64,000 nucleotides of DNA. Origin: Magallana gigas (Eukaryota). The translations under genes and the position numbers were made by a program. The notes below the pieces were generated by a model. It was given only the letters and a program-made list of their open reading frames with translations, made no database searches and was not told the origin of the DNA. Within the stretch, counting starts at the first letter, position 1. Each line of letters begins with the position of its first letter. The DNA is taken from positions 12,648,001 to 12,712,000 of the forward strand of contig NC_088859.1 in NCBI RefSeq assembly GCF_963853765.1. The letters run 5' to 3'. This document shows positions 51,043-62,859 of this stretch, piece by piece.

Positions 51043-53364
51043 ATGAAGATGAAAAGGATAGATTTCATGTACGGTGTGATAACTTTAACAGCGTTTTTGC
51101 TCTTGCCAATATTCCTCAAAATCTATGGATACTTGGACCAACCGACATATGTCTCAGATATTCATAAGAACTCATTCTACGAAAATTCAATGGAAACCAT
51201 TCTTGTATATTCGCATTACAAATATTTTGTATTTGCTATATATGGCATCTTATTAATCATGTGCTTAAGTTTGATATTGTCATCTTTCATGAATCGAATT
51301 GCACGTTATCAAATTCAATGTTACCGTTTGTATTTCCCATATCATTGTACTGTTTGTGTTATTCCATTTGTTCTAAGATACACCAACATAACTTCCACCA
51401 TATCTGACGATATTATGGCTGAAATGGATTGGGAAAGTTTGTTCCTGATAATATCTTTTATATTTCGGTTTATCTTATCTTTTTTTCTGTTTATTATACA
51501 AAAGTACAGATTTTGGAGGTTAGTGTTATATGTGTTAATGACAGTGATTCATTGTTTAATAATCGCATACATTTTGTATATTCTGTGGACGAATGGTGTA
51601 GACCTGGTAAATACTATTAAGAAAAGAAAAGGAGATTTTTTGACAGATTGGTCCTATGTTGATCACGAACCATTAACAGAATTTAATGTGAGTAAGCTAA
51701 ACACATATTCAAAATATTTTGGTCTTGACCGGAATTTATTTTTGAAAACAGGACGAAAATCCTATCAAACTCATTATTTACTAAATTCGCAATTAAAAGA
51801 CGGTCATGGAATAACACGACCATATCAGCAAGGAGTATATCTTGTGGGAATTGGCGAGAGTGTCAAACTGCCTTGTGGTGCCATTGTTAATACTGAAGCC
51901 CCAATGACTGTCTTATGGTCTTTAAATGGGAGTTGTCCTCATTCAAATTTTACTTTCAGTTTCAGCAGAGAAAGAAGAATTTCGTCCTACATTATTAACA
52001 CTGGACTAGACATTGATTTGATCGAAAATTCCAATTTTGGAGACATCACTTGCTCTTTCCGGTTTTATGAGCATTTCGGTAACAAACTGTATTTTCAGCA
52101 CAAAATGGCCTCGTCTTTCATCGAAAGTAACGAACTCCTTATTGCTCAGTACAGTGTGAGAAAGTACTCTGGAAGGGAATTCTATATTTATGCAACACCA
52201 GGTGGAGCGATTGATATCACATGGAAACGAATGTCATTTAATAATGAGGTAGAAGATATAATTCAATACTATTACATAAATGGGGTCCCAATTAATCGAC
52301 CAAAATCATCTTCGTTGTTTTGCTCAAGTTTTTCATATCTATACATTCTATATGGACATGCAATGAAATGGTTTTTTGTTCCGTACCTTTTGGAGTCACC
52401 TCATTTTTTGCTTAACAGTTTAAGTGTCTTTGAAACTCACTACACCGATTGCGCGGGATCTCATGTTTTTGGAATACACACTGTTGAGTATTTTCGTCGA
52501 GTTTACGATAAAAAGAGTGGATCTTTTATCTTACAAGAAGTTCAGCATCCAGACACGATCTACGTACTACCAGATACGGCATACTTCTACAAGATGGACA
52601 ACGCATCAAAGGCAAAAAAGAAGGAAATCATACAAAATCTACAAAAAATGAATTTGGATTATACATGGTTTGACAATAGCGATACCTGTATTTTGATAGC
52701 ACGTGTTGTTCTCGAAATGATAGTTTTAGCAACTTCGTTTTTACTGTATACCTATTTTGTGTATAAATGTTGGAATTGGTACGGGCGCAACGTACTTCAA
52801 CCGATCAGAAAAATCATATTAGGACCACCAATTGATAAAATCGATGAACAATACCCAGCTATAAAGTGTAGTACGTCATACTCCTGTTACGTTTTCTGTG
52901 GTCATTCTGATATGCAGTCGGTTTATGATCATCTCGTTGTTCCACTGAGAAAAGAACAAGTTACAACTGGTTTTATTTTCGAGGAATGTTTGATAAACAG
53001 AAGTGGAAAGTCAATATTTGATATACATTATGACCTGCTTGAAAAGTGTGAGCATTTGATATTTTATTTGACTTCCACATATTTAGAGGAGGAAAAGTTT
53101 GTTGATATTCAGTTAGAAACCGTTCTCCAGTGTATCAAAATGGGTTTCATTTCTACAAATAGAGTGCTCATAATAATTGCAGACAATTGCGAACTACCGG
53201 AAAAATTACGATATAACTTACCAGAAGCAGCTGCACAAATCCATGACTGGGTGACAGTAAAGAATCAAAATAAAAGAATAAACCTTGTTTTAAAGTGGAT
53301 AAATGGCTTGAAGAAGAATCCTCAACATAAAGATGAAGTGGTATCTACGGTGTTTCTTGGATAA
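51043..53364 (+). CDS. Copy 3 (intact): 773-aa predicted polytopic membrane protein with ~5 TM, Ig-like domain, degenerate Ig-like repeat, TM and C-terminal TIR domain
   Basis: Uninterrupted ORF; cag acceptor 3 nt before ATG 51043 (the conserved MKRIDF Met is at 51049). Ig hallmarks GESVKLPC...VLWSLNG...FGDITC; TM ILIARVVLEMIVLATSFLLYTYFV; TIR-like SYSCYVFC..SD...YDHLVVPL...SGKSIF...CEHLIFYLTSTYL...VLIII. AATAAA at 53390. Confidence 0.93.
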   Translation: MKMKRIDFMYGVITLTAFLLLPIFLKIYGYLDQPTYVSDIHKNSFYENSMETILVYSHYKYFVFAIYGILLIMCLSLILSSFMNRIARYQIQCYRLYFPYHCTVCVIPFVLRYTNITSTISDDIMAEMDWESLFLIISFIFRFILSFFLFIIQKYRFWRLVLYVLMTVIHCLIIAYILYILWTNGVDLVNTIKKRKGDFLTDWSYVDHEPLTEFNVSKLNTYSKYFGLDRNLFLKTGRKSYQTHYLLNSQLKDGHGITRPYQQGVYLVGIGESVKLPCGAIVNTEAPMTVLWSLNGSCPHSNFTFSFSRERRISSYIINTGLDIDLIENSNFGDITCSFRFYEHFGNKLYFQHKMASSFIESNELLIAQYSVRKYSGREFYIYATPGGAIDITWKRMSFNNEVEDIIQYYYINGVPINRPKSSSLFCSSFSYLYILYGHAMKWFFVPYLLESPHFLLNSLSVFETHYTDCAGSHVFGIHTVEYFRRVYDKKSGSFILQEVQHPDTIYVLPDTAYFYKMDNASKAKKKEIIQNLQKMNLDYTWFDNSDTCILIARVVLEMIVLATSFLLYTYFVYKCWNWYGRNVLQPIRKIILGPPIDKIDEQYPAIKCSTSYSCYVFCGHSDMQSVYDHLVVPLRKEQVTTGFIFEECLINRSGKSIFDIHYDLLEKCEHLIFYLTSTYLEEEKFVDIQLETVLQCIKMGFISTNRVLIIIADNCELPEKLRYNLPEAAAQIHDWVTVKNQNKRINLVLKWINGLKKNPQHKDEVVSTVFLG

Positions 53365-53675
53365 ATGCTTATCTAAATATATATTTTCAAATAAATTGTG
53401 TTTACATTATTCAGTGTTTTTGTCAGTAATGCATGTAGAACTACAAATTAAGTTCCATATCTATTTATTATTTTAATAATTTCATCATTGACACATGTCC
53501 TGAAACGGGCGTGGTAATACACAGTATGCATTACTTGAAAAATTGATGTGTCATTATCATATGATGTTTAGATGACGAAATGAAAAAAATCCAGAAATAG
53601 TAATTGTGCATTGCATGATTGAAAAGTAATGTATAATTATACAAGTAATGAGGTGTTATCATATTTTGTCTTTCA

Positions 53676-53770
53676 TAAGGAGATCATTACGATACGTGAG
53701 TGATCAAATATTCTTTCGGGCTTTATTGGTTTTGATTGATCTTTTCATAAAATTCAAAGAATGCTTCATT
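53676..53770. mobile_element. Degenerate copy of the long-hairpin element family
   Basis: taaggagatcatt...gtgatcaaata...ttcgggctttattgg...tcataaaattcaaagaatg. Confidence 0.45.
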
Positions 53771-54829
53771 TTTCGTTATATAAAGTATTACAATTATACC
53801 ATATAAGTTTTGCTCTCCACAATTAACAAGTTCAAAAACTTTGTATCAACTTAATAAAGAGATTTGGCAAAGAAAGAAAAAAGAGGCAGACTGACAAGGA
53901 TAGGAACAAAGCGAAGATTGTCATCGGAGACCACGTAGATTGATGGAATAGGAATTAAAGCCGAATTAAACTTATGTTTTTACCTTGAAGTTGTAGGGGT
54001 TTTGCAGGTTCGTACGTGCTCCATGTGTTCCATATCTTTACTTTATAAGTTATAAACTACAAGTGAATTTTCGTTTAGAGGAATTTTTAAAAAGAATAAA
54101 TAAACACTTTCAGTACATGCATCCCTCAGGGAGAGGGGTATATATTCATACATTTTACCGTGTCGTTGATGATAAAATCGTATTTCATCTTTATTACACA
54201 TGATTAGCATTTTATATCGTTTTACATTAATGAATAACGGAATAATAATGCCTTGGGTATCATCTGATATATGAATTATCTAATTTAAGATATGAAAAAC
54301 GTGATTCTAATTTGTAAACAAACTGTTATTCCATCGTGTTTTCAATACTAGGTTTTCCCGCAGTCATGCACAGTGCCGTTACAAATGGCGGATCACATTA
54401 ATATTCATCAGACGTGTAGCAAAGTTTAGAGATAAACAACTAAAGAAAGGGCATGTTTTACGGGCCTAGAGTTTGTGAAACGTCTAATTATAAGAAGCAT
54501 GATGTATATTTTTACTCAAACTCATGTCAACAATTTTGCTCCAAATACGCCACATACACCTTTAAATGGTTTAATACATTTCAATTTTTGGAAACATGGT
54601 TTAATAATAAGCACTTTTAAATTTGAAATGAATTTTAACATAAGAGTTCTAGACCCAATACCTGTAACTTAATTCAGTATTTGTTTTTATTATAAGTAAA
54701 GCTACCCCTTTTTGATTAATAACTCTCTCTTTTTAGTTACCGCATTATGAAAGCTTCAGTAAACTGCTTTTAATGTGTAATACAATATCAAGTAGATTTT
54801 TAATGTAATATTAAAGATTCTGGTCTTTT

Positions 54830-55050
54830 CTGGACCATCCGATCGGGTTGCGATTCTTCATTTCATCACTCTGCACATTCTGCTTTGTCGATCAGTGGTT
54901 GTTCTATCCACTCCTGCATCGTTTATGCATGGGTCCCTCTTCCTTTCCTTTTTAATACGAGTGACTCCATCGCGATACCTTTCCTGGCCCAGTATTGCTC
55001 ACTGCTAGGTCTTGCATGTTTCCTTCCTTTCTTTTATGACAATAGAATGT
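54830..55050 (-). mobile_element. Possible old RTE LINE 3' fragment
   Basis: A minus frame reads HARPSSEQYWARKGIAMESLVLKRKGRG..TMQEWIEQPL with stops, loosely like the C-terminus of RTE ORFs. Confidence 0.35.
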
Positions 55051-58000
55051 TCTACACTTACTTTTACTTATTTTGAGATATGGCATGAAATAAGCTAATT
55101 TTAGCCAAAAATTAGGATTCATTTTTCCTTGATTTTAATGAAAAATAAGTTAAATTTGCCAATATGTGTCGATAGAAATATTGAAAAATTGTAAAAATAT
55201 GTATTTCAAAACGAAATGAAGATATCCTAATGCACAAACTATCTGGGAATTTTGTTTGCACTGAAACTAAGGAAGCTTAAGTGACGGTACTCTAAATCAA
55301 CTGAGTTATGAAATATGTTCATTTTCTTCTTAAAAACCTTCCGCAACAAAATATAGTCCCATACTAAACTCTGTAAATATGTAATTTTTCCTTTACTATT
55401 TTATTTAAAATAGTTTAATTGGCATTATAAAATATGAATTTATGAGTGGAATCAATAAATGATGCATAATTTCCAGAATACAGGTGACCCAAAATGGCTA
55501 CCCCAAAACAGAGGAACGAACCTCTTTAAACTGTAGGGTTTGTCTTGTTTTTTGTTTTTGTTTTTTTAATTTTGTTTATCAATATCGAAAATATTTTTAA
55601 TTACAAAGTATGAGGTGTTTTTTTTTCTTCTGTGGCAACCCCAAAACGTAAATGATTATAAGGTTCAAAACTCTTCTTCTACAGATTATTGCTTCTAATG
55701 GTAATTAAGATTTTACCCGCTCTGACTTTTCATATTCTAAAGGCATGGGCATTGGTGTAGAAATGATAAGAAGCAAACTTGCATCAAATTATTGTAATCC
55801 AGTTTATACAACCTGTAAAATATGTTCATGATTTAAGTATTATATTATATTGATAATAATTGTGAATGGTAGACAATTTGTTCGAACTGTTATTATTTAT
55901 ACATATGTACATGTATTTGAATTTATGATCATGTTTGGCCTTTTTGTCCAATATCCTAAATCTGATTTTTTTTGTGTTGTCAGTTTGAAAATGTTATGTT
56001 ATAATTTTTGATTGCTTTGTTTGATCACAGTTTTAAAATAAAAAAAAAACATTTATCTTTTCGTTATTCTTTATAGATAAGTCTAATTTCCTACTGACAT
56101 CAACCAACTGGAAATTTGATTTTGTTGGAGGAGGTACGGGGGGCGGGGGGATATAAATGTTATGTTCTATCTAAATATCTGTGAACATCTAAATGAATGA
56201 ATATATTTTTAACATTCATGCCAAGAAAATTATTATCTAATAAAAAAAGCTATACTATGAGAGAAATTTACCTCCATGATTTGTTAGCCCCATCATGTGA
56301 CTGTTTAGACCAATTAAATGACGCGCTTTACCGAATTATATAATAACCGCATTATCGATCAGTTTGTTTAATACATGTTGTTGGTACACTATTAAAATTG
56401 GAGGTTTTTTGATCAGATAAATCTAGTCAGACACACTTATAATTGGTACAATTACAGCTGTAAATATCATTTTTCTCCGAAGGATTTTTTATTATCTATT
56501 TTAAATTTTATCCATAAACATTCTGATTAAATTGATGCCAACATGAATGCATAATATAATTATTACAACAAATATTGTCGATAACTCTTGATGAATTATT
56601 TGTTTTCTTGTGCGCAATCTTAAACAAACATATGGATTTGAACATGTTAAACACTTTAGATAAAGTTAAGTGAGCATTCTTTATTACTTTCAGAATTCTA
56701 GAGGATAAAATCAATAATGCGTAATGGTTTGGGCTTTTATGTTTTAGTTTGAAATAAAATCAAAGCAGACAGATTAACCGTTTCCTCTTTTCTCTTTATT
56801 ACTTTGAATCATTGCAGACTCCAATAACCCACAGACACACTAAAGTCCATAAATCTTCGGTCAACATCCATAACTTATTAAGGGTGCTTTACAGGTTTAG
56901 ATTTGTTATGTTAGCTGATAAGGCAACACAATACACGACAAATAACCGGTGACCAATTCGGGACAGAGGACTCTGTTCATTCACAAAAATACCGCGACAG
57001 GACCTCTGTGGTTCCTATACTATCATTAAGAGAGTGTGGTCCGATGGCCTTCTCATGATAATATTTTGACGTGTTGACTCACTTTGATAAGAATATTTAT
57101 CCACGTTCAAATATCACTCTCTTATGCCATGGAAAAAAACATTTATCATTTCGTTCGGTTCTGTGTAAATTTTAACCCACCCCTTCACGTTCTACCGTTT
57201 TGCAATATGTCTTAAAGCAAATAGGTATTTGGTCATGTTTTATTTGTACAAGTTCAGAATTCACTAAAATTCACGGAAATTTTTGTTTGATATACCGTAT
57301 ATGCGCATTTGGGGGGATGTTCTAGATTAAGTTGCGGTGGATTTGTTTCCTTATGAACATCAAAGAGTCCCGAACAAAGTCTTATGCAATAAATCCTTGC
57401 TGACGTTTGGGATTTTCAGATGTACAGTAGGGGTTGTCAAAAAATCTTAATAAGGATTTATGTGACTGAATTGTTAGAACCATTATTTATATACTATTTT
57501 CTGAATCGAAGCAGGGGTTAACTATCAAAATTTAAGTGTGTTCGAAATGAATAAGCCAAAACAATTGATAACTCTATATGCACATCGCCCTATAACAATT
57601 AATTTTGATCTATTCTGATTCATATGTGATACAAACGGGTTAAAAACAAAAACTAACACTTTAAGGACATTTTTTTAAAAAAGGACAGCATTTTTTTTAA
57701 TTAACGGTTTTTGTCCATTTTTTTGTATTCTTTAATTTGCGAAAATGATTCCTAATAATGAGTATATATGTAGATTTCATTGAAAGTTTTTTGGTGCTTT
57801 CTTTTGAATTTAACTATATATTCATGAATAATATAAGATATGTAAAAAAAAATCGATATAACGATATAGAAAGTATTATAAAACATAGTTTTGCCTTATA
57901 ATTTATACAAATCCTCCATTTCATGAAATGTACAAAAATGGAAAGAACAAATGGAACCACTTTAGAACAACATAAATTTGGTCCAATCTTCCAAATACGT

Positions 58001-58570
58001 GTACATAACGTAGTCACTGCCAGCAGTACCGAGTCCTACTATCTGTTTGCTGCCCACCCTCCTGACATCGATTGCATTGATTTGGACACACCTGTTAACA
58101 GGCCTCTAGATATTTCACTTTTGTGGGTGACACAGCCAGTAGATTACAGATGTAATTACGAATGCCGGGTCTGCTTTATCAATGATAGAGTTCTGAAATT
58201 CTGTTCAGGCAAAAGCGTAGTGAATTTGGTGAGTGGGTTTGACGAAGTCTCCCATTGAGAAAGACACTCCACCTACGCATTTCCAATTTTTTGCAGGCAT
58301 TCTGCCGTTCCTATGCACGTTTGCACAGCTTATAAACAAAGAATATGCATTAAAAACGTTTTAAGTATCGGTGCATTGGTACATCACTCTTATCTTAGGG
58401 TGTGGCGGGTACATTCCTCTGTTGGTTGGGTCTCAATTGTAATTATTAAGCTATCGATTTATCCCTGAATTCCTGGCAGCTAAAGAGGGAATCCCTCCCG
58501 CTTCTGTCAAAGCGAGGCGTCATACCCCCTCGTATATCAGTTATTGGCCATTTCACGTTCTGATGTCGAA

Positions 58571-58621
58571 ATGAACGGAATTTTATTTTCCGTCGGATTT
58601 GTCTCCTTGTTTTTAATAGGG
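58571..58621 (+). CDS. Signal-peptide exon (MNGILFSVGFVSLFLIG) of a Notch-ligand-N-terminal-like gene
   Basis: ATG, 17 mostly hydrophobic codons, GGG|gtaagt donor, phase 0 matching the acceptor at 61979 (joined: ...LFLIGVVES-TGKL). Confidence 0.7.
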
Positions 58622-58978
58622 GTAAGTTATTGTTATGTCAATCACTTGATTTTTATCGATAAAGTTTTAAGGTCATTATTAAAAATTCTCTTATTATTTT
58701 TTCTTTTACTGAGTAACATTTTTCTTATTTTGACTAAAAAGAATATTTAGTTGTGTTGAGTTCACAAATCAAATTTTGAATAAACTTTTGTCGCCATTAT
58801 TTTTTATGCTAGTCTAAAGAAGACAAAAAAAAAACCGCAAAGGTTAAACAAAATAAAATCAAAATGGTGGAGAAACTATGAATCTATCTTGTCTAGATGT
58901 AGGGTTTTCCCCCAATTGCATTCTAACACATTTCATAAAATTATATCAATATATATGTGTACATCATCATGGAGATAT

Positions 58979-59174
58979 TACTGTGGTAATAATATTCGTG
59001 GGTATCAATTTTGGTGGAATTAAGTTTCAAGGATACGAAAATTCGTGGCCAATGATTATATAGATACAAAATGTTAGTGAAAATTGCACTTAAATGGACA
59101 TTTAATTTCGTGGATCAACTTGTCAACGAAATCCACGAAAATTGGTACCAACGAACATTGACGAAACCAAAATA
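58979..59174. mobile_element. Short TIR MITE (TA-flanked type)
   Basis: tactgtgg..taatattcgtgggtatcaattttggtgga ... tccacgaaaattggtaccaacgaacattg. Confidence 0.6.
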
Positions 59175-61978
59175 ATATGTGAATTCTGTAACATCTATTT
59201 TAATATATCAACCACTACAGTACACTAATATATCAAATGAATTAATATTGTCGATTCGATGAAAAATAATGTTTCTGGGATTTAAAAAAACAAACAAACC
59301 CGAAACACAAACAAGAAAACACATAAAACAACAACACAGCAACAACAAAACCCACCAAAAGTGAAAAAATAAAAAACAAACAAACAAAAAAACCCCACAA
59401 GGATCCAACGGATTACTACTTTATGGACAATTTTTTTTTTAAAGAAAAGTTGAAAGAAGATATATTTTTCACCTTTTTATTTGATTTATTTATATTACTC
59501 TTTTGGCAGTATATGATATCAGAATTGACGCTATTTTTATAATGTAATAAAAATCAGTCATTACCTGTCATTTTTCTTATTTTTTTTAATGGAAAATATG
59601 CAGCGACGATCTGAACAAGAGAAAAGTTCAAAACTGTTCGTCACTTATAAGTCTTGGATAGATACATAAAAATATATTGTTTGTTAAAGCAATTGCTTAA
59701 TGTTTTCTGACAGAATAACTGGACAACAAGCTGTTTTATGCTAAAAATGCGAAAATGGCGGGGAAAAGTTAACTTTAGGATGTCATATTTCTAAATTGTG
59801 GGCACTGGAATCAAAACGAAAATTATGAAGAAAAAAATATCACAAAGAATTGGGCCTACAGTAAAATGACGATGATCATTTTATGGGGCCATTTTAGGCT
59901 AAAATCATATAAAGTCCCTTTTTCAGTAACATGATAAGTAAGAGTTGTAGCCCCCCCCCCCCCCCAAATATTTGAGGTAATTTAATGATAGTCCTTGCTA
60001 TTTGTATCAATATATCAAATTAACACGGATCGATCGTATATTAAGAGGGCTGAATGGTCGTTGTAATTTTTTTACCTCCTTCAGATGAAGAGCTCTGCAT
60101 AAAGATAAAAGAAATGTTCAAAATTTAACGCTAAAATGTTTTGAATTATTTTTTCTTCTCTAAAGGTTAGTGAAAATAATATCATATTAAAAAGTTTAAG
60201 ACAGGTGTGATGGGCAATTTGTTGACCACTCAGCCTATTTTAAGCACCAGTTAAGTCTAAGAGAGTAGGTAGGTGAACAAATGTCTACACTAACATTGAT
60301 TTGTATCATTATGAACTTAAAGATAAATAATGTATACATTTTAATTTTAATTAAATAGTTGATCTGTTGATATGTTTTATGTAATTTACAACTGTATTAC
60401 GATCTTCATTTTTGTTTTGTATCAGGTATTTATTTAACTATTACAATTTAGACAGAAACTGGTATAACTGTGTGATATTTGTTTTAAGAGAAAAAAATAA
60501 TTTGATTATTTAGTCATTTTGAGCAGAATCAAAATTAAAAATGTTTGCATCAAGATCAGATTTAAATATAATTGAAATAACTTGAAAATGACATCAAATA
60601 GACAATGAATTCATTTTTGTTGTTGCTCAGCACCCATCGAGATTAATTATTCAAAATATTGAAATCCAATATTAAATAAAGTACTTAAAATATATATCAG
60701 ACAGCAGCATTAATAAATTTAATAGAACTAATGTTTCACAAGCACCATGATACATGAAAGTATACTCATTTTAGAGACATTATTTTTGCACTGTATAAAA
60801 CCCTGAAACCTATAGATAAAGAATAATAAATAAAGATATCATGTGATATGCTTGTTAATGTACATGATTTAAATTAAAGAATTTTGTCTTATTTTATGTT
60901 AACGTAATTTAATGAAATTGAGCATATATAACTTGCTTATGTTCAACTGAATAACAAACCGTACGTTCATTAGATGCATGATGAATTTCAATTTTGCATT
61001 GTTGAAATGTTTGGCAAATTATTATACATGTGAGATCTACATTTGAAATACATGAAAAAGAACTACAAAGATACATAGCTGCCCAACACTGTGACAATGC
61101 TGACATGCATTTTTCAACTCCAATGAAAAAATCCACACATTTTTTATTTCCTCCGCCAAATCCAAATACCTTTAAAATTTCAAACAGTATTGAATCCCGA
61201 ATTTAAACATCAGTCGTTAAAAACAAATATTGAATGCGTTAAGTTGTAAATTGTTAGCCAACAAACATGGATTTGAAACGCCGTATCAAGCAATGCAGTT
61301 TTACCCAGCCTACGAAAGCATACCTACAGTTAAACTGATCTGAACAGCCAAAGGAATATTCGATATTACTTAATAACAGCGACTTGTTTCTGGCTACCAC
61401 AAGATCAAATAAGTAAATTACAGGTGACATGGCAATCGATTACTGGTAATCAGCCGGACCCCCCCCCCCCTTACTGATTTATACCAGAGGAATTTTAAAC
61501 CGTATAAAATAAAAAAATTCCAGGGTTACTGATAACGGTTCAACTCGATGACCCAAGTTTACTAAAAGTACAAAACGTATACGAGTGACTCGGAAATTTA
61601 ATTAAAAACTTAATGCAATGAACATGTCTAATTCAATTAAAGTAGTAAGTAGTTTATAGAAAAGATCATTATCATGTACATCACACTGCGATATGACCAC
61701 TTTCCAACTATAAATCCTTCAGGGACATGCAATTGTTACAAACTTTATCATGAAAACCAAACAATGATAATATAGAAAAATTCTTTTATTCATTATTCAT
61801 CGGGAAATATTTTCGATCGTTGATGTTGAAAATTTTGTTCGTAGATTGAATACCTACATATTGATAAAAAAAAGAAAAGAAGGGTAGATGTAGAGGTCAG
61901 AGGTCAAGGTCAATTCTATCGAAAATGAATTGTATCATAAAATATTGGTTATGTCGTCAATGTACAATTTAATTTCAG

Positions 61979-62124
61979 GTGGTGGAGAGCACAGGAAAGT
62001 TAACAATTAAACTTTATTCTTACGATAACGTGCAAGGAACGACGTACAATGGCGCATGCTGCGACTCAGACGTGAAGAAGTGTTTGCTCGACAAGTGCGA
62101 TCTCAAGTTTGACATCTGTGTTGG
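61979..62124 (+). CDS. Exon encoding an MNNL/C2-like N-terminal half (VVESTGKLTIKLYSYDNVQGTTYNGACCDSDVKKCLLDKCDLKFDICV-G)
   Basis: tttcag acceptor, GG|gtaagt donor, phase 0/2; the G-x-L-x-I-x-L..N..G...NG-x-CC...C...C...F-x-I-C pattern matches Delta/Serrate N-termini. Confidence 0.85.
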
Positions 62125-62741
62125 GTAAGTATAAAATATATCTCACACCAATTATATACATTGCTGTTTCGTTACAAGAAGCAACCTGGTTTTGAATTTA
62201 TTGAAATTTTGTCCCATTGGAGATACCCTTTAGAACCATTTTAACAGGAGCTTGGGCTTTGGGTAGTTGTCATGGTTGTGTCCAACAGCAATGTGACGTA
62301 GCCCTGTCTATTCTCAGCCATAGCTCATTTGAGCTAAGACTACGCAACCGGCGTGTATTTCACTTCAAACCAGTGTCATTTTCACTTGTTTTGACGCAAG
62401 AAATAGATAGTTACATAGGCCTACTACCGAAAGTCAAAGGTCTTGTTAAAATGGTTTGAGATATGTAGGTCTGCGTGAAAGCTAAATGCAATGAACATAT
62501 TCATTGTTGGAAACAATTAAGCTGCAACTTATTTATCGAAACAATATGCACATGTTTATTACATGTATAAAACAAAAAATATGGATAATGTTATTTTTTC
62601 GTGTTGAAACATTTGTTTTGTTTTACACTTTTAAAATATAATTATTTTTTGTGATTTGTTTACTAATTACGGATTATAGTATTCGTCTTTGATTCAGAAA
62701 ATAGCTCTTTTGACAAACTGCGGGAACTTTTATGATTTTAG

Positions 62742-62859
62742 AAAAAACAGAGATGTATACGACTGTACTTATGGCACTAAGCAGGTGATCTCACACCCTG
62801 ACATGAACAGTATTGAGTTCACCGATGTCTTCGACTTTGCAATCACGAACAGTTTGAAG
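62742..62859 (+). CDS. Next MNNL/C2-like exon (KNRDVYDCTYGTKQVISHPDMNSIEFTDVFDFAITNSLK)
   Basis: ttttag acceptor, AAG|gtatat donor, phase 2/0 compatible with the previous exon; CTYG...NS.xF motif as in Notch ligands. Confidence 0.8.
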
